A stretch of DNA of 60,200 nt, counting the filler, from Sphacelaria rigidula (lineage: Eukaryota): the NCBI GenBank assembly GCA_964200075.2. It is 5 parts of 5 records of this genome, joined end to end, with 100 filler letters (N's around TTAATTAATTAA, not from the genome) between each part and the next. Parts side by side here need not be neighbours in the genome. Positions count along the whole stretch, not along the records: positions 36,184 to 48,142 come from CAXNAA020004288.1; positions 48,243 to 60,200 come from CAXNAA020004289.1; 3 more parts are not named here. One strand, written 5' to 3'. The notes beneath the pieces were generated by a model. The model saw nothing but the letters and a program-made list of their open reading frames with translations, ran no database searches and was not told the DNA's origin. Positions 37,621 to 49,876 of the stretch are shown piece after piece (within the stretch, counting starts at the first letter, position 1; every line of letters begins with the position of its first letter). Made by a program: the position numbers and the translations under genes.

Positions 37621-40600
37621 CTCTGGATTTGTTTTGACGGAACACGTTTTTTTTAATTCGTTTGTTGCCGCTATGTGCCAAGCATGTTTATACGCTGGAA
37701 GGCGACATGTACAGTGTATGTGCGCGATGAAAAAACGTGCAGGGGGACAACCGGGGTGGGCGGGGCGGGGCAGTATCCCACTGACACGGGTCACTTTCGA
37801 CGGACGAACGCAGTCGATTTTTTTTTTGCTGGTGATTCGTGCTACCTAGTTGCAACCCATCTTGCATTCTTCTTCATGTTTGAAGGCGCAAGCAGCAAGC
37901 ATGTTTCGCGACATTTGTGTGATCGTCTTCTTGCGCTGATTGCCGTCAAGGTTGCGGTTGCTGCAACCGGGCCAAAATTTGTCTGACTCGCGATCACTTT
38001 GGAATATATTAGTTGCAGTCGACAATGGTATGGAGCTTGCGAGCCTTGGTGTAAACTGCTGCATACTTAAGTTAATCGGAAGGGGACGCTCATTGGCAAG
38101 CAGAAAGATTTCTCCGCGAGCAATATCCGAACACTGGTGTGCACTGTTATGGGGGTGAATGAAGGCCTTTACGACCAAAAATCCGTTGCCCACAAAAACC
38201 GAAATGAATCCGGACGAATATTGAAACGTATTGAAGACGTCATGAACTGGTCGGACCTGTGCCGAACCTGTCCCGAACACAACACACGCTCCATCCCGAG
38301 TTACCTAGGTTTAGTATGCGACAGATGTAATTTTTTCATTGCAATTACCTCGAGACAGGAAGCAAACCGGCCTCTGGAACTTTACAGCCCCCCCGCACAC
38401 ACACTAGAGCTATCAAGTGTGGCAGCGGGCTTGCTCAATTCGCCACAGCGGATCCGAAAAGCCCCAGAAGGTTGCAGGGAACGCGTTTTTTGGTACATTT
38501 TGTGTTTGGTGCAGCGGTTTGCAAAGTGCTGCAGGCTCCGCGGCACGCGTACGGAAACAGGCTGCCACACTTCAAAGTTCCGGTGTGTGGGAAGCGCACG
38601 CATCAAACCGCAGTCCAATCGGCACTTGCGGCTTCAGAACCAGCAGCGTTTATCGAGGTGAAAAACGGGGAATTATCAAAAGTCCGGTGTTTCGAAGCTC
38701 AAGAAAAAAGCGAACCCCCGCGTAGCATGGACGAAGTACACGGAAAAAACGGGCAATACTTATCCTGTGCCCTGACAGCCGTGCGCAGGGTCAAGGCGAC
38801 GCCTCAACGCGCGGAGAAGGCTGGAAAAGAACTCAAGGCGGCCACCGAAATGCTCAACGCGGTCACCGAAAAGCTTGACGCGTCTGTTTTATGTCCAGCG
38901 CATAAGCTAAGCCGGCGCGCCCAATTTTTCTTGTGGTCCTTTCATAGTCGGTAGACAGCGAAGATGTTTTCGGTAACTGACTGTGCATACTAATAACAAT
39001 ACGTGAACAATGCAACATGGGACAAGCTTCGGTTTGAAGGGTATGTGTATGTATCTTCCATCCCGCCATGTGGTGCTCATTTCTTGTATGCACCTGTGTA
39101 AAAGGGGCAATTCATTCTCCCAACATAAGTACCACGAACCATATAGTTTGCTCTGATCAAAATCGGCTGTGTTGTGTCTACGCTGTCGAGCGCACAAGTC
39201 AGGGCCTTAAGCGCGTCTCTCCCATGTTCGATGCACTGCCCTTGAAAGGCCGAAGACAGCCATGACGTCTGCTATCACTACTGCCTGTGTACATTGATAA
39301 CGACATAACAGAAAGAAAGTATGAGACTGGACAGGCAGGATATTCGCGCAGTTGCCTCTATACACCAACGACAATCTGAGAGAGTGATACATTCTCGAAG
39401 TTCAGTAGGCTTGGTGACGAAGCGCACATTAGCGCCAAGCGATTTGTGATGGCGGTTAGCCCGATCACGTGTCGCTATGTGCTGCTTTCCTCTGTATGGC
39501 GCTGTGCAAAGCAACTTCGCGTTACAACAGCAAGTACCCATCACCTCTCGAATTGCAGCGGGCAAGGTCACACATGAAAGTCGCCTGAGCGTACGTCGGA
39601 CTGATCAAGCGCAGAAACCCACGTGTGAAGAGCGGTTTTGACCATCGTCGGTGTACCGCACTTCACTAACTTATAACAGCAGCCATGATGTTTGTTGCCA
39701 CTGCCGCCTGCGTACACCAACAATATGTAAACATCGCGGTTGGCAAGTTACAGTTTCGATCGCATGCTGGGTTTCAGGACTATATATTACAAGGCAAAAA
39801 TAAGCAAGGGCATTTGCGCCAACATGTGCATTCAAGCACTTGTTGTGTACCGATGTAATGTGAAATGGGTATGTGGGGGCCTTGATCACGCAGCGCTCCT
39901 TTTGCGCTGCCGTGGTGGTCGGCATGACACAAAAGGCAACGTGACGGTTCAATGCTGATAGCTCCGAACGTCTCGTGTCTTGTATCGCAGAGGTGGAGAT
40001 CGCCGGTGACGGTTTGCTTTCAGGAATGGAGAACACAAACGTGATTCATTCCACTCATGCCACGACCCTGAGCCCATGGGGCCCACGAAGTAATTGCTTT
40101 CCAAACCCTCCATCACAGAGAGGTGCAGGGTATGCAATGAGCAGCCCAGCCGTACAGCGTGAATCGCTTCATCTTCGTCAACGCCGTCTACATCATCCTC
40201 ACTTGTTCCACGATACTCGACACTCGTGTCTGAATATTCTGTGCTGCTTCACTTTTGCGCCATGTGAGTCAAAGGGTCAAGTGGGGTTGGTGCTGTGGGT
40301 AACATCCGCAACTGCTGCCACTTTTCGTGTTCTTGACTGCACATGTCGAGAAGGGCGGTGAATGTGGGGTGTAACATAGTGGGCGTGTGCTTCCCGAGTG
40401 CAACAGCTACACGACACAAGCACACAACAATATATCAGCGCAGTCGCCGGAGCAACTACATTTCCGCGAGATCCACCCCTCACAGGCTTGAAAACATGTC
40501 CTGAAGGTAGACAACATTTCATATGAGCGAGGTCATTATTTGGAGATGATGTGCGTAATTGTGATTGATACGATTGGCTTGATCACGGGTCATTTTTTCT

Positions 40601-40800
40601 GCAGTGGATAGTGGTCGGTCCATTTTACCGATACATATTGCCCAAAATCGGGCCCTATTCACCCCCGCAACTATCTATTGGTCAACAAGCTACGAGCTGG
40701 GCCAGCCTGAAAACGGATCTGAGCTCTAAAAAAATCCATCATCGACACAGACGAGTTGGACCGTGATCCACATATCGTACTAACTGTCTGATCAAGGGGA

Positions 40801-41150
40801 AGGTGCCCATCTGCTCAAAAATCTGGGGCAACATTTTCTCGTTGACTAAACCCCATGTCCAGCCATTCCCATATCGTACGGCGATAGCGTCCAGACTAAA
40901 ATCTATATGAAACCCCGAACGATATATTTAGCTGATGATGACGGGTTTTGGTGTGGACCTTCTCTGGAGCACGGGGAGACGATAGATACCCTCACCTTCA
41001 CCTAATTCGTTATCATCTCGAGATATAGCGCACATAAGTTTTTATACTGAAATCAAAATATTACGAGCAGAGGCACTAGATGCCCTAAATCTGGATATCG
41101 CGTCTCAGTTTTTGAGAGTTGTGCTATGAAATGTCGTGTAGAGAAGCGCT
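40801..41150. repeat. Dispersed repeat, homologue of 25900-26211
   Basis: aggtgcccatctgctcaa...atctcgagatat...aaatctggatatcgcgtctcagtttttgagagttgtgctatgaaat. Confidence 0.8.
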
Positions 41151-41576
41151 AGTGCATATTAAAAAAAAGTAGCTCTTGATCTTTTGTTCGTTGTTTTCCT
41201 TTATTTTTTTCCGTGTTTTTAGTGGTGATTTGAGGAGAAATGAACATTGCTTTCAGGCCTCATCTCAATGTTTTAGCCCAATTTTTAGAATTGTGAATTG
41301 AAACTTAGCAAGGAGAACCACGAAGGTGTGCCGAAGAAAAAAATGGGCCTTTATTTTTTGTTCATAGAGGTTAGGGCGTTCTCGTGAAGAAATGGTCTTA
41401 ACCATAATAGAACGCCTTAAACTAGTAAAAAAAAAATCAACAACTTGACTCACTGAGTTTGGTAAATTATGCTCTAGCGAGGACCCACACAAAATTTCAA
41501 TACACAAAAACAATCGTGCGCAGGTGAGTGGCCTGCAAAATACTGTTTCGAATTTCTACCGACGCGGTTTTCAAAA

Positions 41577-41835
41577 GGCGAACGCGCCGGCCAATATTTA
41601 GAGTTGAGCGTATGGACAATGCATAGAGCATATAGAAGATAATAACAGAAGCAACATGAGATTTCTTGTTTTTTACAGGAGTTAAAGGCAATAATCAGTT
41701 TTCAGGTATCAGTAAAATGCCCTCAACTCACGAAAAAAAAATCTGGAGCTTTTATAAATTTTGTTTTTTATGCCCCATGCATTGTCCATAGCAAAATTTA
41801 CGCTCCAACTCTTAATATTGGCCGGCGCATTCGCC
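41577..41835. repeat. Inverted repeat (~60-bp arms)
   Basis: ggcgaacgcgccggccaatatttagagttg...tatggacaatgcat (41577-41625) pairs with atgcattgtccata...caactcttaatattggccggcgcattcgcc (41777-41835). Confidence 0.8.
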
Positions 41836-41904
41836 TGCAAACTTTAAATCCGCCCATAGGCTAGCGCAGCTCGTAAGCTGTTGTTGTTTGACCTCACTCT
41901 AATG

Positions 41905-42200
41905 TTCATTGATTTGATTGATCGATTTGATTGATTGTCGCTTTAACTGGCCCCCCAGGGGTCCAGCCGTGGTCTCATGAAAGACGTACCCAACAAAAAC
42001 GAAACTGAAACACGCTTTGAAGAGAAGAAGGAACAGGGAAAAAAAAAAGTCGAACAGAAGGACATAGCAGACCACCTCGTGACAAAAAAAAGTAATGAAA
42101 AAGTCAAAACAAGCAAAGCACAGAAAGCGATGGTCGACCTAAAACACACACGAAAAAAAAGAGGAATGTAAAGAGCAAATAGAATAAAATACAATAAGAC
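41905..42200 (-). mobile_element. Probable retroposon 3' end with TTGA/AATC-type tail; homologue at 55860-56090 (+)
   Basis: ggtccagccgtggtc...agacgtaccc...tgaaga aligns to the reverse complement of tcttcagcgagcgtttccg...gggcacgtct...gaccaccactggatccc...ttgattgat. Both have a long pyrimidine/purine-skewed body. Confidence 0.5.
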
Positions 42201-45200
42201 GATGACAAAAGAGGAAAAGGCCCAAGGGATTCAGGGCAGCAGAGTAGATACAGATACATACCAGTGGGCACCGCAGAGCCACCGACTAAGGACATAATCA
42301 TACTATCATCAATTGTTGATCAAAATGTAAACAAAATCAAGTAGTCTACTACGTGACCATACGAAGATCAGGTAGTTTACAACTACACGAAAGTCAAGTA
42401 GTAATCTACAACCACGCTCAATTCAAGTAATTAGCCTAGACATGCCGCCCGGCGCCCAACCCCCCTGAACCGTCTTCTCGATTTTTTCAACGTTTGGGGG
42501 TGATGCTCCTGAGCCCCTGTGGGACCGGTCCTCCAAGACGACCAACGAGGCTGGTTAGGAATGACGTGTCTGGCGTCTGCTCGAAACAGGGGCTTCATAT
42601 GAAAATTTACGTAGGTAACCGCCGCATGCAGGGTTAGGAGGAAGACCGGAATTTCATCCAGTGTATTTTTAGGTGCAGATACATACTGTAACTCGGGTGG
42701 GGTGCGCATTAGGCGATGTACATCATGTACATCTCATGAACGAGCAGTATGGGTCACCGTAGAGAGCATTCAAGAGGATGCAGCGACCGGCGGGCCGCCC
42801 GCCGCTTGTGACTCTGGATGATATTTTTGTCCTCATCACCTTGCCACAAAGCCCTTTGTGGTCGGGGTGGGCCGCGATTTCCACATGTTACAAGCGGTAG
42901 ATTATCTTCGAAGGGTGTGGGCGTTGCGGCGCACATACAGTACAGTATAGTTCAGTACAGTACGCCTTTCCGACTGCAGCAGCAGCTACCGCTGCATACT
43001 CCCTTGCATGTGCTGAGCAGTTCTCAGCGACGGAGATCAGCTGCCTTTCCACAGCTTGCTTATCCCCGCCCACTACATGTTTACAGGGTTCTGCAAGTCA
43101 TCGGCAGAGGGACAAGCAGAATTCATGACGGTAACTCCTTTTGTCTTTCCACGGCCCACCTGAGTTGAGTGCCTCGTGAAAATGACCACAGTGTGGCATG
43201 TACTACACTTCTTCCCGATTTTTCCCACTCCACCCGTGTTAGTGTAATTACTACGTCTTAGCATAGGCTGGCGACCCCAAAAAACTTGTGGAAAATTCCG
43301 GGAACGCGTTACTGAACGCAAGTAATACAGTATGCATGCTCCGAGCATTTTCATTCGTGGGAAGGCTCATCTGAGCCAGGGATATGCCCCTCACACGATC
43401 TTTGCAACGTGATATCACACTCGGTAACAGTCTCTGCGGTGGTCGTTCGGGTCTGGTCGATAAATTTCGTCTCGTCGTGATTGGGCGGGTCGCTCCCCGA
43501 CAGATCTTTTTATAATTTCACAAACACGTAATCAACCCCGTGTTAGTGGGGGGTCGGTCACAGATAGGTTAAGAGATAAAATTGATGTGCTCCTGGCAGT
43601 GCAGTAAAACACGACATATCCCACATTGTAATTCTTCGCCTTAGTTTGCAGTGTTACGCCCAGTTTTTTCCCCCTTCATTATAGCCTTTTAGACGCCCCC
43701 TTGTAGAATACTGGATGATAGCACGTATCCCGATTTCGCGTGGAGGGTTCGCGCCTGCTGTGCATACAGTAGCGGGCCAAACAGCATCGCTCTGGCGGGA
43801 GGCGGGGACGGAAGGACGATCGAGGTGGGTTCATATACAGACAGACAGTGCCCTTTCGCAAGTTGGAACGGTAACAGTAACGGAAGCAACGAGTAATGGC
43901 AGAATCCGCAGGGCCGGGGGTTAACACCCCCCCCCCCCCCCGCTCTGTAAGACCTGTTCTCCGACGTTTAGGGAGAGCACCGCGCTTGCACTACACCATC
44001 GACAGAGACAGCGGTATCACGAATGTACAGTAGCTGCACAGCCACAGTTCGTACGAGGGTCGAGTTAAGTGTGATTTCTAGATCCTCTTTCCGGCGAGTT
44101 GTCGGACTCCAAACAGGGTATTCAATCGACGAGGTTTACATGATATTTTCATATATACCGCAGTGGGAGATCAGTTTCACCATCTACACAAGAAACTCTT
44201 TCAATTGCAAAAGGATTAATTGAAATCAATCCGCGCTGTTGAATAAACGACTTGGCTGAAGTTCTAAGAGTTCGATTTTCGCTCCGCACCAGTGCACGTC
44301 TGCTCTGGAATGCCAGATATGGTACAAACAGCACACCTAACTTCAGTACAGTGCAGTACAGTACAGTAGAGCATAGTGCGGTGTACTGCACTGCCGCCCA
44401 GGGCATAGTGCAGTCCGCTGAAGATGAGGCCAATTGCTGAAGGGTATCTACGGTGGGGCGGGCGGGTCGAATCCTGCAAGAATAAAATCCCGCGCACTGT
44501 GCTTGTGCATTACGTGTATATCTGCAGGTTTCATCGTCCGTCAAGTACACAGCTGAAAGGGATCCTGTTGCTTCTGGACCGTATGTTCGGAACCTCCGTC
44601 CGGATTCTAACGACCGAAAACGTTGAGCAACATCTGCGGAGTTGACGCAGACATGTAAGTCTACTTGTGAAGTTGAACTGTACTACAGTATCACGATCGA
44701 ACGCTGCAGGCATCAGATTCAAATATGATACGTCGAAACCACAGCTCCCGTTGGCGTTGGCCGGTGCTGCACGAGAAACACACGATGGAAGGTACGCTAT
44801 ATCAAAAGCACTGATTCTCAACCCCCCACCCACTGATCCCCCGGGGCATCCCCCCTCCTTTCGACAATAGTTGTGGAGGATCCCCGAGACTCACACGCGG
44901 GATGCAACGTCTGGAAGCCTGCTTAGACGTTGGCCGGCCAGTCCGAACGTTGCACACGACACCAGAATCGATTCCGAGGTAACAACCCCACAAGTCCCAA
45001 CTTGCTACATTATTCTGGAGAGCACACTTGCTCAATATAGCATGCATCTGACTGCTTGGCTCATGTTTCCGATGATGGTCGTGATCTCGATCGGAATGGA
45101 GGGCGCCGACAGTTGTGATTTCCAGAGCTTGGTACGAGTAACTGACTCCGGCGCTAGCATTTTCAAACCGACGAGGCAGCCGACATATTACATCCATACA

Positions 45201-45396
45201 TCGTTTATCTCGTCTCCTCCGGGCAGGTGAAGCACCTGTTTCACTCGGGTATTCATCCCGCCCGAACTGCACGCTGAGCTGCAGTTGCCAGGGTCGCTGC
45301 TTGCTAACCCTGCCGTCCTCTGGGGCAACCGAGACAACTTCCGGAGGTGATACCGACAGTGGAAATGGCGGTGCATACGATCGATCTAGTTCTGCT

Positions 45397-45508
45397 AGGG
45401 GCAGATCCGCGGTGAACCGTGGAAGGGGCGGATCCGCGGCGAAACGTGGAAGGGGCAGATCCACAGCGAGGCGCGGGAGGGGCGGATCCCGCGACGAACC
45501 GTGCAAGG
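45397..45508 (+). repeat. Four 27-bp tandem units encoding RG/RGG-rich nonapeptides
   Basis: agggg(c)(a/g)gatcc... units start at 45397, 45424, 45451 and 45478, giving RGRSAVNRG/RGGSAAKRG/RGRSTARRG/RGGS. Confidence 0.85.
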
Positions 45509-47100
45509 GACAAGGCGAGTGGAGCGACCAACGCGTCGAGGACAGCGGTCGGCATGAGTCACGGCGATGAGCCGCGCCGGTGTGACGGCGGGAGTGTGGT
45601 GGGAGAGGGGACTCTAGGAACATCCCCGAACAGTCGTTGTTGTCGCGACGGTGGGCATGAAGACTACAACAGCTGCGGGTCAAGAAGTGCAGCCGGCATC
45701 TGGATCGGAGATTCCGATTTGGAGTGCAGCGGGTCGGAGACAGATGACCAGGCAAAGCAGGCAAAGAACTATGATGACTTCATGTTTTATTGCGCCTGAT
45801 GGACAAATTGTTAATATTCCTCATTGTAAATATTATTTCGGTTTGTAAAGTGGACTATTGCATCTGCGTTTTTCAATGTTGTCTTCTCCAAGATGTGGTC
45901 ATAGAGCTCGCCTCGTGTACATAGCAATGGTGTTCTTTGCATGGTGCAGTGCGCCCTCTGGGGTACAGATGTGTTGGAGTTGATGTGCTGACGCCCTCGG
46001 GCGAATCTCCAGTTGTGCGTGAGTGTAGGTAAAATATGAATCATCAGAGGGTGAGTTTACATCGAGAATGACTGTAGATCCAACTCTGACTCAAAGCACG
46101 GTCTATAAGTTTGTCTTTCGTCAATCCTACATGTGTCCACCATCGCACAGACATCGGCGCTGGTCTGTGACTGGTATGAACGGTGGCCCGACACCGGGCG
46201 AACTGCCGGCAATCGTTGCTTTGACGAGTTGTGATGAACGCTGGGGTGGGGGGGGGGGGGAACGTCCGGACGCGTTCTTCGCTGCTTTCTCTTCAACAAG
46301 GTTCATACTGAACCACTCTACAGCGCAGCGGATGGTCGACGTCACCACCTTACCTCCAAATCGTACTATAGTTCCCCTTCGACAGGACCGCCCCCTGTTG
46401 ATGCGGAGGAGTAACGGCATCGCAGACGACGGAATATATTGGCGCAGTATATTTGTGCGCGCACGTTTTTCGCGCGGCGATCCCCCAAGCACCCCGCACA
46501 CGCCGTCCCGGCGACAATGGCATGCACATGTTTATAACGTCATTCCAGTCGTAGCGTCGCGTTCATGTTCGCATGACCGCGGGTCGGTGATGCCGCCGCA
46601 GCCCCCGAGGAAAGTAGGAAGTAGTTTGTTTCAGGAGGCAATCAACATTACAGAAGCGTAGCACACAGGGCAGCTCGGGACTCCCGTGCTTGCATTATTT
46701 TCGCCAGTGTCGCTCACAGTTCACGCTTGTTGCAATCTGAAACCATCTTTCATGCGCTGTATGGTCGTATATTCGCGACAGCTTGCGGGGTGGTCTGGGG
46801 GGGGCGCGACCGCCGCATCATTCGGGCGACGATGTCCGTGATTTGAACCACCTCAACGCGGCGCAATCACCGTCTGCTCATTTTGGATACAACCGACGAT
46901 TTGAAGCGCTTTTACACCGCATCCCACAAGTTATAACTCCGAATTTTTTCAGTCACCGCACCCAGATCGCAAGATCTCGACACACACTGCAGATGCAAAA
47001 ACAAATCAAATTGTTGTGTAGACAAAACGCATATCTATCCACGGACCTAGATTCTATTATAGCGGCGCAGACCCCTGCGATTAAATAAAAGCTTGAGGGG

Positions 47101-47508
47101 AGGTCGCTTCTTTTAGACTGAAACAAAATCTCTCTGAGGACTGCCCTTTTGAACCCTTCATGACGGATTATTGGCGGAATACGGGCCTTGGATTTGGTCT
47201 CCTCGGAAACATTTGCTCTATTTTTCACGGGGATCCCAGCACGCTTGTCTCATCTTTCGTACTCCCAGTCCTACTCTTGGCCGGATTCTAGATTTTTTCG
47301 TCACCTTAAACAACTCGGAATCCGGCCAAGAGTAAAACTGGGAGTACGAAAGATCGGACAAGCGCGCTGGAATCCTCGTGAAAAATATAGCAAATCTTTC
47401 CGAGGGAGCCAAATCCGCCAAGGCTCGTATTCCGCCAAAAATCCGAGGTGAAAGGTTCAGAAGGGCAGTTCTCAGACATATATTTTTTCAGTCTACAAGA
47501 AGCGGCCT
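47101..47508. repeat. Long imperfect palindrome (~410 bp fold-back, ~190-bp arms, ~29-nt loop)
   Basis: Inner stem tactcttggccggattc/gaatccggccaagagta; middle atctttcgtactcccagt/actgggagtacgaaagat; outer aggtcgcttcttttagactgaaa/tttcagtctacaagaagcggcct. Confidence 0.92.
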
Positions 47509-47689
47509 GAGGCGGAGGTCATCTACCGCATATTTTTGCCTATCCCGACAGTTGATTGATGTGATCTGAGGCTTGAATGACGGCTAGTAGATAGTTGTGC
47601 CTGCCTGTAGAGTTTCGGCTCACATGCATTCGTGCAGCGTCAGTAATCTGCGATCGCGTTTCTGAGGGGCATGTTGGAAAATTACAAGG

Positions 47690-48142
47690 GTAGGTCGAGT
47701 AGAGTATAAGCTTTTGAGTACTCGAGTATCTACTCTACTCGACGTTTGAGTAGGTCGAGTACGGCTTCCAATGCTCTACTCAAATTTTAAGTAGATCGAG
47801 TACGACCTCAAATACTCTACTCAAATATTGAGTAAGTACTCTCAGTAATACTTGAGTATAGAGTGTCACTTGAGTATGACTTCAATACTCTACTCAAATT
47901 TCGAGTAGGTCGAGTACGACCTCAAATACTCTAGTCAATATTTGAGTAAGTACTCTCAGTAATACTCGAGTATCGGGTATCACTTAAGTATGACCTCAAT
48001 ACTCTACTCAAATTTTGAGTAGGTCGAGTACGGCTTCAAATACTCTACTCGAATTTTGAGTAGGTTGAGTATGATCTCAAATACTCTACTCAAATTCTGA
48101 GTACTAAAAGTATGACTCTTCAAAAATACTGAGTATTGAGTA
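47690..48142. repeat. GAGTA/TACTC minisatellite-like array with ~41-bp sub-units and ~114-bp higher-order unit
   Basis: Recurrent tactctactcaaattttgagtaggtcgagta(c/t)ga(c/t)(c/t)tcaa; the core tactcaaattttgagta is self-complementary around a short central loop. The array runs into the scaffold end. Confidence 0.9.
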
Positions 48143-48242
48143 NNNNNNNNNNNNNNNNNNNNNNNNNNNNNNNNNNNNNNNNNNNNTTAATTAATTAANN
48201 NNNNNNNNNNNNNNNNNNNNNNNNNNNNNNNNNNNNNNNNNN
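48143..48242. other. Artificial scaffold-joining spacer
   Basis: N44-TTAATTAATTAA-N44. Confidence 0.98.
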
Positions 48243-48296
48243 TACTCAACCATCAGAAGGTTACGAGGTTACCAACTGAGCCACCGGGGCGACCGG
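48243..48296 (-). mobile_element. SINE family A tRNA-like head, cut by scaffold start
   Basis: tcagaagg...gaggttaccaactgagccaccggggcgaccgg, nearly identical to 24124-24189. Confidence 0.85.
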
Positions 48297-49720
48297 CTCA
48301 AGTTTAGGGTCTTGATTTCGTCGATATCGAGGTCGACAAAATTTTACTTTTCGGGGGTAATATCCTCCTTCGCCTACGGCAGCGTGGTTACCCCGAGCAT
48401 GCTTTCGTCGGTGCCTGGACACGGCCACTCTGTACGACCAAATACGCGCGTCTTCTCTTGGCATTGGCAGTGCGACATATTGAGACATGTGATATATTCG
48501 AGTGTTTTGCACGAAGTGTTTCGATGCGCCTGTTTCACGGTCCCCGGGATTCACCATTTTTTTTCCGCTTTTCATTTCTGTTGTGGGTGATCAGACCACG
48601 ACATACTTACACACTCAGTACTGCCTCATCCAGTACATGAAGTAGTTTCCAGCTAAACGTCGGAGTATTTTTGTAATTTTTTCTAGGTGGCGATTTTCAA
48701 GAGCTCTTTCGCGTGCCACCGCTCATCCCAGGGAACGTTTGATCTGAATGATTTAGGGATCGGGAGATACTAGGAATCCGCTCCACATTCCGAAGCAAAA
48801 ACCATCTCTGCACTCAACAATGAACGAGTTACGGGCTGGCCGGTTTTCGGGGGTCTTTTGACTACCCAGCCCCAGGTTCTGACCCTCGGGTATTTTTTCT
48901 CGATTGAAGCAATCCCGACCGGCTCGTGAAGAGATGTATTTTGGACCAAAACCGGTCAATAACACCCCCCATCAATTCGGCCTGTACGCCGTTCGATGTT
49001 GAGCGCAAAAAGGGTTTTTGTTTTGGAATGTGGAGCGAATGCCTAGTATCTCCTGATCCCCATATGTGGGCATTAAACGTTCACTGGGATGAGCTTTAGC
49101 AAGCGAAAAAACTACAGAAAACCGCCTGTTTCGAAAAAATTGCGAAAATCGCCTGATCCAGCTGGAAGCTTTTGTACCAAAAAACTGTCAATTCCAGGTT
49201 CAAGTCGTACGAGATATCGTGTTGCCCTTAGAAGTGATGCTTGTGCTGTTGCCAAAATCGTATGCAGTGCTGATTAGAGTACGGTCGCTTCTCTTGAAAA
49301 CTACAGAGCGGCTGCCGATGTAATAATTTCAACAAGCAAGGTGGTACCGTGTATGGTTTGTACTACAAGACATGGCCGCAACATCGTCATCGCCACACAT
49401 GAGTCCAATCTTTCGAACCCGTGGTCACAGACGGTTATATTATACGTATCCCTGTACGATACTGTTGGTGCAAAGATGGTGCGAAAAGTAGCCGGAAACT
49501 CATCGCCCTCGAGTGTCATTGCGGGGGGGGGGTGATGTGCAGCGTACCCCATTGTCTATGGGAAGCACACCCGCCTGTCTGACTATAGTACAAATGTACT
49601 GCTCACCAATTTTTCAAGTTATGACATTCTCTTCTCTACCTCGATCTTCGCGGCGTATTACACGCTACCGATGCTTCCCTGATGAAAAAAAAATGAAAAT
49701 TTTCAAAATGGATGTCCCAG

Positions 49721-49876
49721 GAGGTGGCGAATAGATACAGCGAAGTTATGAAGCTAGCTTGCAGCATCGGGTTATGGCGAACAGCTCTTGAAATGCTGGA
49801 CGAAATGGAGGAAGCACAGGGGGCGCTGACACCGCAGCTGTTGCACTTCACGTTGGCTCTGGATTGTCTTGCCAAG
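49721..49876 (+). CDS. PPR-like exon
   Basis: cccag| EVANRYSEVMKLACSIGLWRTALEMLDEMEE...LALDCLAK |gttaga. Confidence 0.85.

Noticed and set aside
44802..45764. 320-aa minus-strand ORF as a gene
   Set aside because: It has no recognisable domain and is likely the antisense shadow of a GC-rich repeat block.
47690..48142. CRISPR-like array of palindromic repeats
   Set aside because: The intervening sequences are themselves repeats rather than unique spacers, the context is eukaryotic and no cas genes are present.
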